A stretch of 20,000 bases of DNA, taken from assembly GCF_004010195.1 (NCBI RefSeq), contig NC_057759.1, positions 5,734,622 to 5,754,621 of the forward strand, written 5' to 3'. The first letter of the stretch is position 1. The number at the start of each line of letters is the position of its first letter. The notes under the pieces were generated by a model. The model was not told the origin of the DNA. It did no database searches and saw only the letters and a program-made list of their open reading frames with translations. A program made the position numbers and the translations under genes. The DNA is from Chiloscyllium plagiosum (lineage: Eukaryota). Below are positions 1-10,899 of the stretch, piece by piece.

Positions 1-450
1 TTGAACACATCATAATTGGATATGAATATACCTACATTTAGGTGAATACACTGGGACTCTTTTCACTGGAGCATACGAGGTAGAGATTGACCTTGCAGAG
101 GTCTATAAAATTATGAGGGTTATAGGTGAGTTGAACAGTGGTTGTCCTTTCCCTAAGGTGGGGATTTCAAGATTAGGGAGCAAATTTTGAAGGCGAGAGG
201 AGAAAGATTTTAAGCACCATTCTTTCCTTTTACAGAGAAAGTGGTTTGTGTGTGGAATGAATGTCCAGAGGAAGTGGTGGATGCAGATACAATTACAACA
301 TTTAAAATACATTAGATAAGTACATGAATAGGAACAGCTCAGAGGAATATGGGTGAAACACTGGTAAATTGGACTAGATTAGCCTGAGAACATAGTCAGC
401 ACGGACTAGTTGGACCAAATGATCTGTTTCTGTAACTGTATGACTATAAC
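1..450 (+). mobile_element. CR1/HER1-type LINE 3' end (ORF2 C-terminus plus 3' UTR), decayed
   Basis: Typical CR1 3' motifs: GGGACTCTTTTCACTGGAG, GAGGTCTATAAAATTATGAGG, TTTACAGAGAAAGTGG...TGGAATGAATGTCCAGAG (FFTQRVV..WN.LP-like) and a TATGACTAT tail at about 441-449. Confidence 0.85.
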
Positions 451-469
451 TGTTCTCTACGGGTCTTAA

Positions 470-700
470 AACCATTTTCTTGCCTTCCCCTCGAATCATC
501 CACTTCGTTATTGTTCAAAAATCTGATGAACTCAGCCTTGAATACATCCGATGACCCCCTAACTGCAGGAAGACATCCCCACTTCTGAACTCAATTCCTC
601 TTAGTAATATACGACTTGCCTCGCTCGTTGCTTGCTCCATCTGTCTGAGAACTGACATTGACCGGAGTAGCAGGACGCTGAGGTGCATTTGTACGCCCAC
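470..700 (-). mobile_element. CR1 LINE ORF2 fragment, internally deleted
   Basis: The minus ORF 515-700 contains RGIEFRSGDVFLQL, matching the CR1 ORF2 motif GIEYRS.DVML.LY. Confidence 0.6.
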
Positions 701-704
701 ACAT

Positions 705-825
705 CATTCCTGATGAAATGCTCATGCCTGAATCGTCGACTCGCCTACTCCACAGATGCTACCTGACATGCTGCACTTTTCCGGAAGCGCACTTTTTGAC
801 TCTGATTTGCCGTCTTCACTTTCTC
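705..825 (+). mobile_element. Penelope-derived short repeat with decayed hammerhead core
   Basis: CTGATGA (710-716) followed by a degenerate stem and GAATCGTCGAC. The body is homologous to the reverse complement of 13424-13540. Confidence 0.65.
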
Positions 826-1149
826 TACATCCCAATGTATCACCATTTAAACAATACACCTCCTTTCTGCCTTTATTTTGCACAGCAAAGGCAATAAGTG
901 CATATTGTGGTACTTCAATTGCCATGTGTTTGCCAGTTGAGACACAGACCTAGACCAACGTTTCCAATCTGTTCCCTCCCTGGATTCACTCCCTTTCCTT
1001 TCAGTTGCTGCAAGTTAACAACTGAACCCCAGAATGAAAAGAAATAAATCGAAAAGAGAGTGCTGTACTCACAGATGTTTAGACAGAGGAAGGAAGCTGC
1101 AATCTGGGGTGAAACTCAATCTTCATTCAGAGGGCAGCAACTTCCCAAG

Positions 1150-1370
1150 CTCATGGCGAACTTCCGCATTCATGCACTACGGGGTGTCTCTGATTGGCAG
1201 GAGGACCAGACGCCTTCCGGTCGTCCAAGTCTTCCCATTGGTCCATGGAAAAAAGGTATCGGGACGTTTCAGCGGAGAGCGAGGAGAATGCGTACTATTT
1301 TGCTGACATCGGTGAACATGCGCAGTATTTCCTGACACCGAGGAGCATGCGCAATATGTGATGTGACGAT
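1150..1370. promoter_or_regulatory. Promoter-like CpG-containing patch (ETS, CCAAT and NRF1-like motifs)
   Basis: ACTTCCG 1160-1166, CTTCCGG 1214-1220, ATTGG 1193-1197 and 1237-1241, CATGCGCA 1317-1324, GCATGCGCA 1345-1353. Confidence 0.4.
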
Positions 1371-1499
1371 GCTGGTGTTATTGACAGATCTTAAGTGTCC
1401 AAATGCCAATAGCAGAAGAAGAATGGTTGGACCCAGAATTAGTTTCCTCGTGGGTCAGCGTTTTATTCCTTTTGCACTTTGTCTCCTGCTCACCTTTTC

Positions 1500-1815
1500 T
1501 AGGTCTTTTCCCCAATGTAGAGGAAGTCTAAAACTGGAGGGTCATAGGTTGAGAAAGAAAGGGGAAAATTTTAAAAGGAACCTAAGGGGTAACTTTTTCA
1601 CACAGAGGGTGGTGGGTGTTTGGAATGAGCTGCCAGAGGAAGTGGTAGACGCTGGTACAATTCCAACATTTAAAAGGTGTCAGGATGCATATCTAAATAA
1701 GAGGGTTTAGAAGGATATGGACCAAATTTCGGCAAATGGGACTAGATTAATTTAGGATATCTGATTGGCACGGACCGAAATGTTTGTTTTCATTCTTCTC
1801 AACCCTATGACACTA
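1500..1815 (+). mobile_element. CR1/HER1-type LINE 3' end
   Basis: ORF 1363-1710 ends in GHRL...FKRNLRGNFFTQRVVGVWNELPEEVVDAGTIPTFKR..DAYL, the CR1 ORF2 C-terminus, followed by a 3' UTR and CTATGACACTAT tail. Confidence 0.9.
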
Positions 1816-2099
1816 TTCCTACATAGTCAGAACCAATTTCACAAGACTAGGGGTAGACCATTCACCCCTCAATTGTGGCCTAACTGTGCATATTTTAATG
1901 CAGGTTTCAGAAAGATGTCTGCAGCTTTAAAAAGGAATTGAACATGCTTTCAGACTTTAATGATGCTTCTGAATACATTTTAGGTATTCTCAATTTTAAA
2001 TATTAGCCATTTCTCATGCATCCCTGTCTCCCAGGTAGTGTCATCACCATTCCATTTTCTTTCTCTTCTTAGAAGGGCTTGATACGGTGATCAATGAGG

Positions 2100-2345
2100 G
2101 CTTGAGGCATGAAAAAGGACGGCGGGGTAGCGTGTGCGGGAGAAGGGAGAGAGGATGGACAGAGTCAGAGGCTGGTGGGAGAGAGAGAGCGAAAAGTGGC
2201 CATGTGGACAGAGGATGGGGGTAGAGAAAGGCTTGTTTAGAGGGTTGGGGGGAGAATCGGGGTGCAGTGTGAAAATGGGAGAAAGGGCAGGGGGCAGTGG
2301 ATGGGGAGAAAATGGACAAGGGGCAGCATGTGAAGCGAGAGACAG
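2100..2345. repeat. Purine-rich (G/A) low-complexity tract
   Basis: Strong G+A strand bias with GAGA and GGGG runs. The overlapping ORFs are compositional. Confidence 0.55.
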
Positions 2346-2435
2346 CACAAATCCCACCTTCCCCGGACTGATATCAGTGTCCCACGAACTGGAACCCACT
2401 CGTCCCACAGCAGATTTGGGGCAATCATTTCTCAA

Positions 2436-2757
2436 TATAGAATCATATAGTCCATGCAGGCCTTTTGGCCCATCAAATTCACACCGACCTTCCGCAGACC
2501 CACCGCTTACCCAATAGCCCTGCAGTTGCCAATGACTAATCCACCCTAACCTGATCATGCCTGGGCACTTTAGCACAGCCAAAACATACTAAACTGCAAA
2601 TCTTTGAACTGTGGGAAGAAACTGTGGGAGCACGTAAAGGTAACCCATGCAGACACAAAGTGCCAAAGTCCACACAGACTGGCGCCTCAGGGTGGAATAA
2701 TACTCGGGTCCCTGGCACTGTCTGGCAGCGATGCTAACTGGTGAGCCATCGTGCTGC
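2436..2757 (-). mobile_element. HE1-like tRNA-derived SINE with CR1-type tail
   Basis: The reverse complement begins GCAGCACGATGGCTCACCAGTTAGCATCGCTGCC...GCCAGGGACCCGAG (A/B-box head) then GTCTGTGTGGA. It is homologous to 3452-3750 and has an ATAGAATCATA tail at the left end. Confidence 0.8.
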
Positions 2758-2779
2758 TCAGACCTTTGAGGCTCTGCTT

Positions 2780-3340
2780 TGTCTTTGTAGCTGCTATCTT
2801 TTCATGTACCCTCAGCAGAGGCTCCCTCCTCCTGACATTGTTGGACCACACCACAGCAACCTCTCTTTTCCACTTTTGAAGCGCTGAGCACGTTGGTTCC
2901 CAAATTTTGCGCCAGATACTGATGCATTCTAGCCTCCTGATTCCAACTGCAGAGAATGGAGGCAAACCCTGTCAGTATTCTGTTCCTTACTACCATCTCC
3001 GCCTGCCCAACATTCTTTTTACTCCCATCATCCAGCCAGTTAGCTCTTCCACCCTGCAATTCTCTCTCAGATCCCTTTTACCTGCCTGACTCACACTCAC
3101 ACCCTCCTGATACTGTCCACTGACACAATCAAAAGGCTCTGTCTGGAGGGGAATGACCATCTCCCGGAATAAAGCATCCAGTTAACTTTACCCATTTTCC
3201 CCCAACCTGTCTGCAGCCTGGCTTCCAGCTCCATCTCTCTGAGCCGAAGGTCCTCCAGCATGTGTTTGCCCTGGATCACAGCATCCAGAGCCTCCCACCA
3301 TCTGCAAATTGAAAGAAACGTCCCACCCTGCCCTCTCCAA
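2780..3340 (-). mobile_element. CR1 LINE ORF1 remnant (leucine-zipper and SGNH esterase region)
   Basis: LEDLRLREMELEARLQT (zipper-like) and MVVRNRILTGFASILCSWNQEARMHQYLAQ resemble the CR1 ORF1 esterase motif VVGDSI.RG....C......R...CLPGA. Confidence 0.6.
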
Positions 3341-3451
3341 TACGTGTTGTGTCACTGCTTAGTTGTTTTTAATGGCCAAGCAGAGGCTGATAGTCAAATT
3401 CAGAACCATGAGGATGGCTTCAACCGTGACTTTGGGCTAGTGTCACACCAT

Positions 3452-3750
3452 GGGGTGGCACGGTGGCTCAGTGGTTAGCACTGTTGTCTTACAGAGCTAG
3501 GGATCTGGGTTCGATTCCAGCCTCGGGTGACAGTCTGTGTGGAGTTTGTATGTTCTCCCCGTGTCTGCATGGGTTTCCACCTGGTGCCCCGGTTTCCCCC
3601 CACATCCCAAAAGATGTGCAGGTCAAGTGAATTGGCCATGCTAAATTGCCCACAGCATCAGATGCTGGGAAATTAGTCTGGGTGGTTACTATTCGGAGGG
3701 TCGGTGTGGACTTGTTGGGCTGAAGGACCTGTTTCCATGTGGTAGAGAAT
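3452..3750 (+). mobile_element. HE1-like tRNA-derived SINE, near full length
   Basis: A box TGGCTCAGTGG, B box GGTTCGATTCC, conserved body GTCTGTGTGGAGTTTG...TTCTCCCCGTGTCTGC and CR1-like tail GGGCTGAAGGACCTGTTTCC. Confidence 0.9.
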
Positions 3751-3844
3751 CACAGGTGACCTCAATACACTTTACTTCCCAGACCTCGTTCATACACATG
3801 CTCTCACTCAGACCTGCACCCTCACACAGGCTTATACTCCATCA

Positions 3845-4175
3845 NNNNNNNNNNNNNNNNNNNNNNNNNNNNNNNNNNNNNNNNNNNNNNNNNNNNNNNN
3901 NNNNNNNNNNNNNNNNNNNNNNNNNNNNNNNNNNNNNNNNNNNNNNNNNNNNNNNNNNNNNNNNNNNNNNNNNNNNNNNNNNNNNNNNNNNNNNNNNNNN
4001 NNNNNNNNNNNNNNNNNNNNNNNNNNNNNNNNNNNNNNNNNNNNNNNNNNNNNNNNNNNNNNNNNNNNNNNNNNNNNNNNNNNNNNNNNNNNNNNNNNNN
4101 NNNNNNNNNNNNNNNNNNNNNNNNNNNNNNNNNNNNNNNNNNNNNNNNNNNNNNNNNNNNNNNNNNNNNNNNNNN
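3845..4175. other. Assembly gap (331 N)
   Basis: Run of N. Confidence 1.
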
Positions 4176-4362
4176 GTGCTGAGCTGGAAGTTGGAACTGG
4201 GATAAGGTGGGGGGAGGGGAAATGAGGAAACTGGTGAAGTCCACACTACTGCCCTGGGGTTGAAGGGTTCCGAGGCAGAAGATAATGCGTTCTTCCTCCA
4301 GGCATCGGGTGGTCAAGGAGTGGCGATGGAGGAGGCCCGAGACCTGCATATCGGCACAGAGG
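4176..4362 (-). mobile_element. Penelope-like element GIY-YIG endonuclease C-terminus (copy 1)
   Basis: Minus translation DMQVSGLLHRHSLTTRCLEEERIIFCLGTLQPQGSSVDF matches the Penelope GIY-YIG end motif R...E...I..L.TL.P.G.N. Confidence 0.8.
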
Positions 4363-4470
4363 GGGCACATACAAATTCTACACAGACATTTGGCCCGATG
4401 GTGGAATCGAGCCCACGTCCCTGGCACTGTGAAACAGCGGCGCCAACCACTGAGTCACTGTGCCATCCCT
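4363..4470 (-). mobile_element. HE1-like SINE head (copy 1)
   Basis: Reverse complement GGGATGGCACAGTGACTCAGTGGTTGGCGCC...GGCTCGATTCCACC...GTCTGTGTAGAATTTG. Confidence 0.8.
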
Positions 4471-4689
4471 GAGCACCGTGGGGTCCCACAGAAAACCAAA
4501 CAAAAAATGCCCACCAACTCTCGCACTGCACCGTACTGTCAGAATGGGCAGGAGGTTCAGGCCTGGGAGTGACCACAACAGCAACACCAGTGGAATCTGA
4601 TTGTTGGGAGTGCTGGTGCCCCTGTTGGGGCCTCTGTAAGTTGCAGGGCAATGTTAATTTGTGCCCGTACTCTGGGGAGGCGAACAACC

Positions 4690-5210
4690 TCTTTTCAGCA
4701 TGGACCCGCCAGTGGGCCAGCAGTTGGTAGGAGTGAGTGAAGCCCTTCCTATACTCGGGTCAGCTGAAGGACCTCTCCCTGATGTGGAACCACCGGTGGA
4801 TCAGTAAGTGGGAAGAGAGAGTGGAGCCCCTCCCGCACTCTGGGTACAAGAATAGCCTCTCCCCCTTGAGGATCCACCTGTGCGTCTGGAGGTGGGAGTC
4901 CTGGGTGAAGCCCTTCCTGCATCTGGAGCAGGAGAATGGCCTCTCCCCCTTGTGGACCCACCAGTGCATCTGGAGGTACGAGGTCCGAGTGAACCTCTTC
5001 CTGGACAGAGAGCAGAAGAATGGCTGCTCCCCGTGTGGACCCGCTAGTGAGGTGGAAGGAGTGGTTGAGGCTATTGCCGCACATGGAGTGGGTGAACGGC
5101 TGCTCACCATTGTGGACCTGCCAACGGGCTAGCAGGTGGGAGGCATGGGTAAAGCCTTTCCTGTACACGGGGCAGGTGGACCACCAGTCCCATTGTGGAC
5201 CTGGGGAGAA
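4690..5210 (-). pseudogene. Decayed tandem C2H2 (Kruppel-type) zinc-finger array, about 5-6 fingers
   Basis: HKGERPFSCSRCRKGFTQDSHLQTHRWILKGERLFLYPECGRG...SSHLLIHRWFH shows TGEKP-like linkers with lost Cys/His residues, stops and frameshifts. Confidence 0.85.
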
Positions 5211-5514
5211 GGTAGCTGAGAGCGCAATAGGTAGATGGAGGTGAGAGGTAAAGATGATAGGTCGGAGAGGGGGGTGGAGCGGATAGGTGGGAAGGAAAAT
5301 TGACAGGTGGGGCATGTCATGAGTGCGGTGCTGAGCTGGAAGTTGGAACTGGGATAAGGTGGGGGGAGGGGAAATGAGGAAACTGGTGAAGTCCACACTA
5401 CTGCCCTGGGGTTGAAGGGTTCCGAGGCAGAAGATAATGCGTTCTTCCTCCAGACATCGGGTGGTCAAGGAGTGGCGATGGAGGAGGCCCGAGACCTGCA
5501 TATCGGCATAGAGG
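5205..5514 (-). mobile_element. Penelope-like element 3' part (GIY-YIG end plus pyrimidine-rich 3' UTR), copy 2
   Basis: 5328 onward is nearly identical to 4176 onward (offset 1152), with the same GIY-YIG C-terminal motif. Confidence 0.8.
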
Positions 5515-5892
5515 GGGCACATACAAATTCTACACAGACATTTGGCCCGATGGTGGAATCGAGCCCACGTCCCTGGCACTGTGAAACAGCGGCGCCAACC
5601 ACTGAGTCACTGTGCCATCCCTGAGCACCGTGGGGTCCCACAGAAAACCAGGGGTTGAAGGGTTCCGAGGCAGAAGATAATGCGTTCTTCCTCCAGACAT
5701 CGGGTGGTCAAGGAGTAGCGATGGAGGAGGCCCGAGACCTGCATATCGGCACAGAGGTGGCACATACAAATTCTACAAAGACATTTGGCCCGATGGTGGA
5801 ATCGAGCCCACGTCCCTGGCGCTGTGAAACAGCGGCGCCAACCACTGAGTCACTGTGCCATCCCTAGCACCGTGGGGTCCCACAGAAAACCA
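5408..5892. repeat. 243-bp direct tandem duplication (Penelope end plus SINE head plus spacer)
   Basis: 5408-5650 and 5651-about 5892 are nearly identical (ORFs 5412 and 5655 are offset by 243). 5651-6008 also matches 4256-4614. Confidence 0.92.
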
Positions 5893-6008
5893 AACAAAAA
5901 ATGCCCACCAACTCTCGCACTGCACCGCACTGTCAGAATGGGCAGGAGGTTCAGGCCTGGGAGTGACCACAACAGCAACACCGGTGGAATCTGATTGTTG
6001 GGAGTGCT

Positions 6009-6300
6009 TAGGTAAAGTCCTTTCTGCACATGGGGCACATGGACCGCCAGTCTCAGTATGGACCTGCCTGTGGGACAGCAGGTAGGAGGAGCAAGTGAAG
6101 CCTTTCTCGCTCGCGGGACAGGTCGACGGCCAGTCTCTGGTATGGGCCTACTGGTCGGACAGCAGATGGGAGGCTTGGGTAAAACCCTTCCAGCACTGAT
6201 GCAGCAGAACTGCCTCTCCCTCGTGTAAATGCTCCAATAACAACACCAGGGCAGTCGGGACACGGAAGCCTTTCTTGCAGTTACCACACTGCCATGATTT
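6009..6300 (-). pseudogene. Decayed C2H2 zinc-finger segment, about 3 fingers
   Basis: Frame-hopping minus translation gives KGFTQASHLLS.Q*AHTRDWPSTCPASEKGFTCSSYLLSHRQVHTE, with an IYTRERQFCC linker remnant. Confidence 0.75.
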
Positions 6301-8494
6301 CTACACAGGACGGGATTTCTCAGGTTTCTCCATGGCTGAAACTTCAGCTGCACACAGACGCGTATACATGCTCGCCCCGCCCCGAATTCCTCTTTCCAGG
6401 CCGTATGACTGTTCCAGCCTCCACACTCAGGGCGCTGCAACAATAGATTTTCTCACCCAGTCCTACGAAGGCTGAAAACGTACTGAGTGCTTTGCTCCTT
6501 CTTACAGAATCATTGCCGAAAATCGTTGCAGTCCCGATGGATTGACATCCAGTAACTATTAGACGTTGACTTGAAAGTGAGGACTGCAGACCAGCTACGC
6601 CCACATCCCACAAATTAACAGGTTTTTTTATAATGGTCTGTTGGAGACAAAAGCAGTCCACTGGTGATCAACACACTCTCTCTCCCGCCATAATTAAAAC
6701 CAATGTTCCATCACACCGATGCAATCCAAGACAAAGTCACTGTCTCCGATCCTATCATTCTCTTTCAGAGAGAAAAAACACACGAGGACATATTCCTTTA
6801 TTCTCACTCCAGATTTTCAACACAATATACAATCTTGTCCTTAGGTTAGAAAGCGTAACGACCGCACGGTATATATTAGGAAGTGTTAAAGGCGGTTTCT
6901 GTTACCCATTTCCAACAAACGAACTCCTTAAATGGATATGGAAAAAACGTGGACAAGGTAATTGCGCGTTATGTAACCTCATTGGCGTGGGACGTAAAAT
7001 GATGTTAATTGGATTCGCAGGAATGTCATCATGGAAAGGACTAATTGCTTCTGAAAACTCAACAAACTTAGTATCCTTAGCAGATATTAGTCGGATATTT
7101 TACATTTATTGTTTCGAATCCACAACTAATCAAGCATTCAACCTGCTGTTAAATAATTTATGCTCACTATCTCTGAATTGGTTGTTTCTGATTAAAATAA
7201 AGCACAAAACTGCTGTGCTTATTTCTGTGACAATTGACATTTTCTTAACTTTCCCTCTGATTTCTTTTCCTCATTTCTTCCTGGTATGTCGGTGTCGCTG
7301 TTAAAGTTAGGCTTATTTCGCATGTCTAATTGCCCATTGACTCATGCCTTCCTAAGCTTTTTCATGTGGATATTTACCTTCAATTAAATTGACTTTGGTC
7401 AGCAATCACTTCTACACAGAAGACATAAGAATGGCAGGTTGCCTTGATTTTAGAGCACTCATGAGCCTGATTTGTGGTTTACAGTAATCGGTGATAGCTT
7501 TTTGTTCGTATTTCAGAGGGGAACAACAAATTTTATTACTTGAGTGTAATTCCTCATGTCTACTATAGTACAATTTGATTATTTGTACATTGGTAGCAGG
7601 GAAATCCTTATAACGAGTTACAGTGAGATGACAACAGGCCACCTCATCGCGTGAAATGAAATGGCAACTGATCCTTTTTTTTTGTCTTTCTTACGGACTC
7701 CACATCTAAAAGTTATCCTAATGTGCACAGTTGTTTTTCCCTCTTTCTTGATCGGTCATGTGCACTTCCTCGTCCCAAATGAACTTTTATTTCCCCTGGA
7801 AACCGTTTGATAACACCGAATCGTCTGTGCCGCCCGATTCTACGAGGAACACACATAGCCATTCTTTTGTCACATAGAACAATTCATTAATTGGAACAGG
7901 CATCAGCCATAAAATCCATTATTTTAAACTTTTGTTCCATTCTTCCTTACACTTCGTTTTGTGAATTCTTTAGAATGAAGTCTTTTTCTGGGAAGGTGTT
8001 TTTTTTTTGTTGCTCTGCATTGAAGACTAGTTGGAAAAAAAAATCACTCATTTATCTCGTACATGTTCTGTGTTGTGTGTTCAAAGGCTGACTGTGCTGC
8101 TTTGTTAACAATTCTAGGTTGTTTTTTTTCCAGCGGAGTCGTAAATGCATAATTCTGAAATATTTGGGTTTGTCTACTTGAAGAAGCTTTTAAGTTTTTA
8201 AATAAACACTTGGATAATGGAAGGTAAGTCGCCAGTTCTCCCAGCTCGGCTTCTCTCTGGTTGGGATTATTTTGATTTTTTTTCAGCAATCTGACTGTTC
8301 AGAACTGCTGGTCAATTGTTAGCTTTGAATCCAAAAGAAACTGTGACAGTGTTACATACTGAATCGCTCTGACATCTCATTCTCCTGTAATAACCTGTGT
8401 TTGGTTTAACCTTTCTTGCCAAGGGATTCTTATGGGGATTGTTGCAGGAATTTGGAACAACATCATTAAATTTAGAGAGTCGGTTGGGTCTTTA

Positions 8495-8700
8495 AGTCAT
8501 GATTTGGAGATGCCGGTGTTGGACTGGGGTGTACAAAGTTAAAAATCACACAACACCAGGTTATAGTCCAACAGGTTTAAATGGAAGCACACTAGCTTTC
8601 GGAGCGACGATCCTTCATCAGGCAATCACCTGATGAAGGAGCACCGCTCCGAAAGCTAATGTGCTTCCAATTAAACCTGTTGGACTATAACCTGATGTTT
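8495..8700. mobile_element. Penelope-derived palindromic insertion flanked by an 8-bp direct repeat
   Basis: Inverted arms 8552-8622 and 8629-8699 around loop CAATCA. Direct repeat GGTCTTTA at 8487-8494 and 8701-8708. Confidence 0.85.
8624..8667 (+). ncRNA. Minimal type I hammerhead ribozyme motif (Penelope-type)
   Basis: CTGATGA 8630-8636, stem II GGAGC-acc-GCTCC 8638-8650, GAAA 8651-8654 and palindromic AGCT stem III. A mirror copy lies on the minus strand (8621-8590). Confidence 0.75.
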
Positions 8701-10740
8701 GGTCTTTATGTAGTTGAGTTATTCTATATTCTGTTCTCTTGTGTCTGTGTTTCGTTCAGTAAATATGCAAATAAATTCCGATTTGTTTAAAACTAAGTAG
8801 TCGGGTCAGCTGCATCACTCCTGGATTATCCACTCTACACCTGCTTAAATAAACTAGCGAAGTTAGGGTCCAGACTCCTTTCTTGAAATGTTTTGACGGG
8901 TTCTGGCCTGATCGATAAGTTGGGTGAGTGATATGGCTCATGCCATTTATTGAACAGGCTTCTATTCCAACTGAGTATTTCTGCAACAATTTACAATTGG
9001 GCCTTGTGACGTCTTGATCAGTAATTAAACCGAGAACCCACAACTTATTTAAACAATGGGGGAGGGGGGAATACAAACAATAACTGAATGAATAGAATAA
9101 CTGGTTTAATAATCTGAATTCATTCTTACTGTCAGTGCCAAAACGTACTGACGGCAGCGTGCGGATTCTGGGTTTTTTGTTGCCTCCCAAAAGGTGTTTC
9201 CTTGAATGCAATGAAACTCAAAGCCCATCATTATTTCCTGCCAAGTCAACGACACGCTTTGTCTAATGTACTTGAAATTAACGCAGTGCAATGTTATGCA
9301 AGTATCTGCTCGCCAAATATTTTTAGAAAGAATTGCGTAATTATTCGATCAGAATTTGTGGAATGAATGATTTGAATATTGGGGGAGATTGTGGCAGGGA
9401 AGGGTGTACCACTCGCTGATAAACTGGTATTACACTATTACTTTGTAAGCAATGATAATCTAGGAAGAAAGAACGAGAAGTACCCGCGAAGATACTGTAC
9501 CTTTCACAGCTGTCGTTGTTGCATAGATCTTTGCTATGAATAAGCCAATTTTGAAATTATATGCATGTTATAATGCTGGAAACCGTGACAATCAGTTTGC
9601 ATACAAAGAAGACAAATACCATGTTGTTGATTGGATAATCTGATTTTCCGCTGTTAATTGAGGGATCAGTATCAATATTGTACCTGACGGACTTTTCCTT
9701 GGAGGCGAACAGGAAGCATAGGTCGTGAATTAACATTTCATTTGGATGGTCGACAAACCACTGGGAGTTATGCATGCAAACCTCTATTTCATTTATTGCA
9801 TGTAAAAATCAATGGTCAGAACAAAAAAAAAATATTCGGTCCTGGAAATACATGAATGAATCCGTTTTTTTACAATAAAAGTCAGCATTCTGTTGGCTTT
9901 CGACTTTGGATTTTTACTGAATTCACTACTTCTCATGATGGCGTATCGACACATGCCAGTACAGTATCATCAAGTGAAGATTTTGGATTACTTGCTCAAT
10001 TACATCACATCTTCTCAGCAGCTGTGTAGTGCCACTTCTGTTTGCCTCCATCGAAGTTTCACGTGACGTAGGGAGAATGGAGCTCTGTTCATGGACATCC
10101 CTGAATGAATGCGCATGCAGTGTTTCGGATGTCAACAAAGACTGCCTTTCATTGAGGAAGCAGACATCGCTGGTCAGTTATGGATTATGCTCAAACCACT
10201 TAACTCAGCAGGAAGGTCCTTATGTCAATCGTTTTCTCCTGAACAAATGCCAGTCGAACCAATGGAGCTACTTAAGTTGTTGTCCTTATATTATAAACAT
10301 TAATGAAGCATATCCAATGTCATGGGATGGTCTATAGGCCTCCGTCGTAAAAGCATGTGCGACCAATTAAAAGCCAAATGCAATTTTTCAAAACAAAAAA
10401 AACAAGGTATTGGCAGCAACTTCATAAATATGTTTGTTTCAATTAGAATTATTCATGTTTAAAAAATCTCCCTTGTGTTTGACATTAACTATATATGTTG
10501 CAATATTTCCATGGACTGCAGAGTTCACATTTCTAAAGAAATGCATGGAATGCTAAATGACTTTGTGTCTGCTATTTACTATCCTATCCTTGCAGCGATT
10601 GAAGTTCCACGTAAATCAAAGCAGTTGGTCACTGAGGCAATCACAATTTTGCTGACTCACTGCCGCATATGTTTGTTCCATTTTGAAGCGACAGCTTATC
10701 TTTTAAAAGAAAAACAGTCACGTACCCGTCTTTGAGTTGA

Positions 10741-10899
10741 CATAGAGTCATAGAATCGTAGAGATATACAGCATGGAAACAGACCCTTCGGTCCATCCCG
10801 TCCATGCCGACCAGATATCCCAACCCAATCTAGTCCCACCTGCCAGCACCCGGCCCATATCCCTACAAACACTTCCTATTCATATACCCATCCAAATGT
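10741..10899 (-). mobile_element. CR1/HER1 LINE 3' tail, 5'-truncated
   Basis: CATAGAGTCATAGAATCGTAGAG tail repeat followed by TACAGCATGGAAACAGACCCTTCGGTCC...CCCATATCCC, the antisense CR1 3' UTR. Confidence 0.9.

Larger units (their letters stand above)
8000..8920 (+). mobile_element. Probable solo LTR inserted in the Ig array (left boundary approximate)
   Basis: Breaks the Ig periodicity for about 0.9 kb and is T-rich. AATAAA at 8770-8775 is followed by about 145 bp of U5-like sequence ending CTGGCCTGATCGATAAG, resembling elasmobranch LTR ends (recognised from memory, not by search). Confidence 0.55.

Noticed and set aside
2044..2582. Overlapping 90-160 aa ORFs
   Set aside because: They arise from purine-rich low complexity and SINE sequence, with no domain motifs.
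3452..3530. tRNA gene
   Set aside because: A and B boxes are present, but the sequence continues into a SINE body and CR1-like tail, with no complete cloverleaf.
3756..4427. Long ORFs spanning the N run
   Set aside because: Artefacts of translating through the assembly gap.
4749..5579. 276-aa ORF as a chimeric gene
   Set aside because: Fortuitous read-through of SINE head, Penelope end and out-of-frame zinc-finger sequence.
5408..5892. CRISPR-like or functional repeat array
   Set aside because: Eukaryotic context and long units without unique spacers; a simple tandem duplication.
6633..7304. 223-aa plus-strand ORF as an intact gene
   Set aside because: It drifts in and out of the Ig reading frame, and key Cys/Tyr motifs are lost or lie in other frames. 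Treated as part of the pseudogene.
9815..9855. KKIFGPGNT resembling an antigen-receptor J segment (FGxG)
   Set aside because: There is no upstream RSS heptamer/nonamer or downstream splice donor. It fits better as a decayed B strand (I-F-C-P-G-N) of an Ig domain.
8756..10138. Three minus-strand ORFs in the same frame suggesting a viral or DNA-transposon gene
   Set aside because: No recognisable motifs, and one ORF runs into the LTR. The plus-strand Ig pattern explains the region better.
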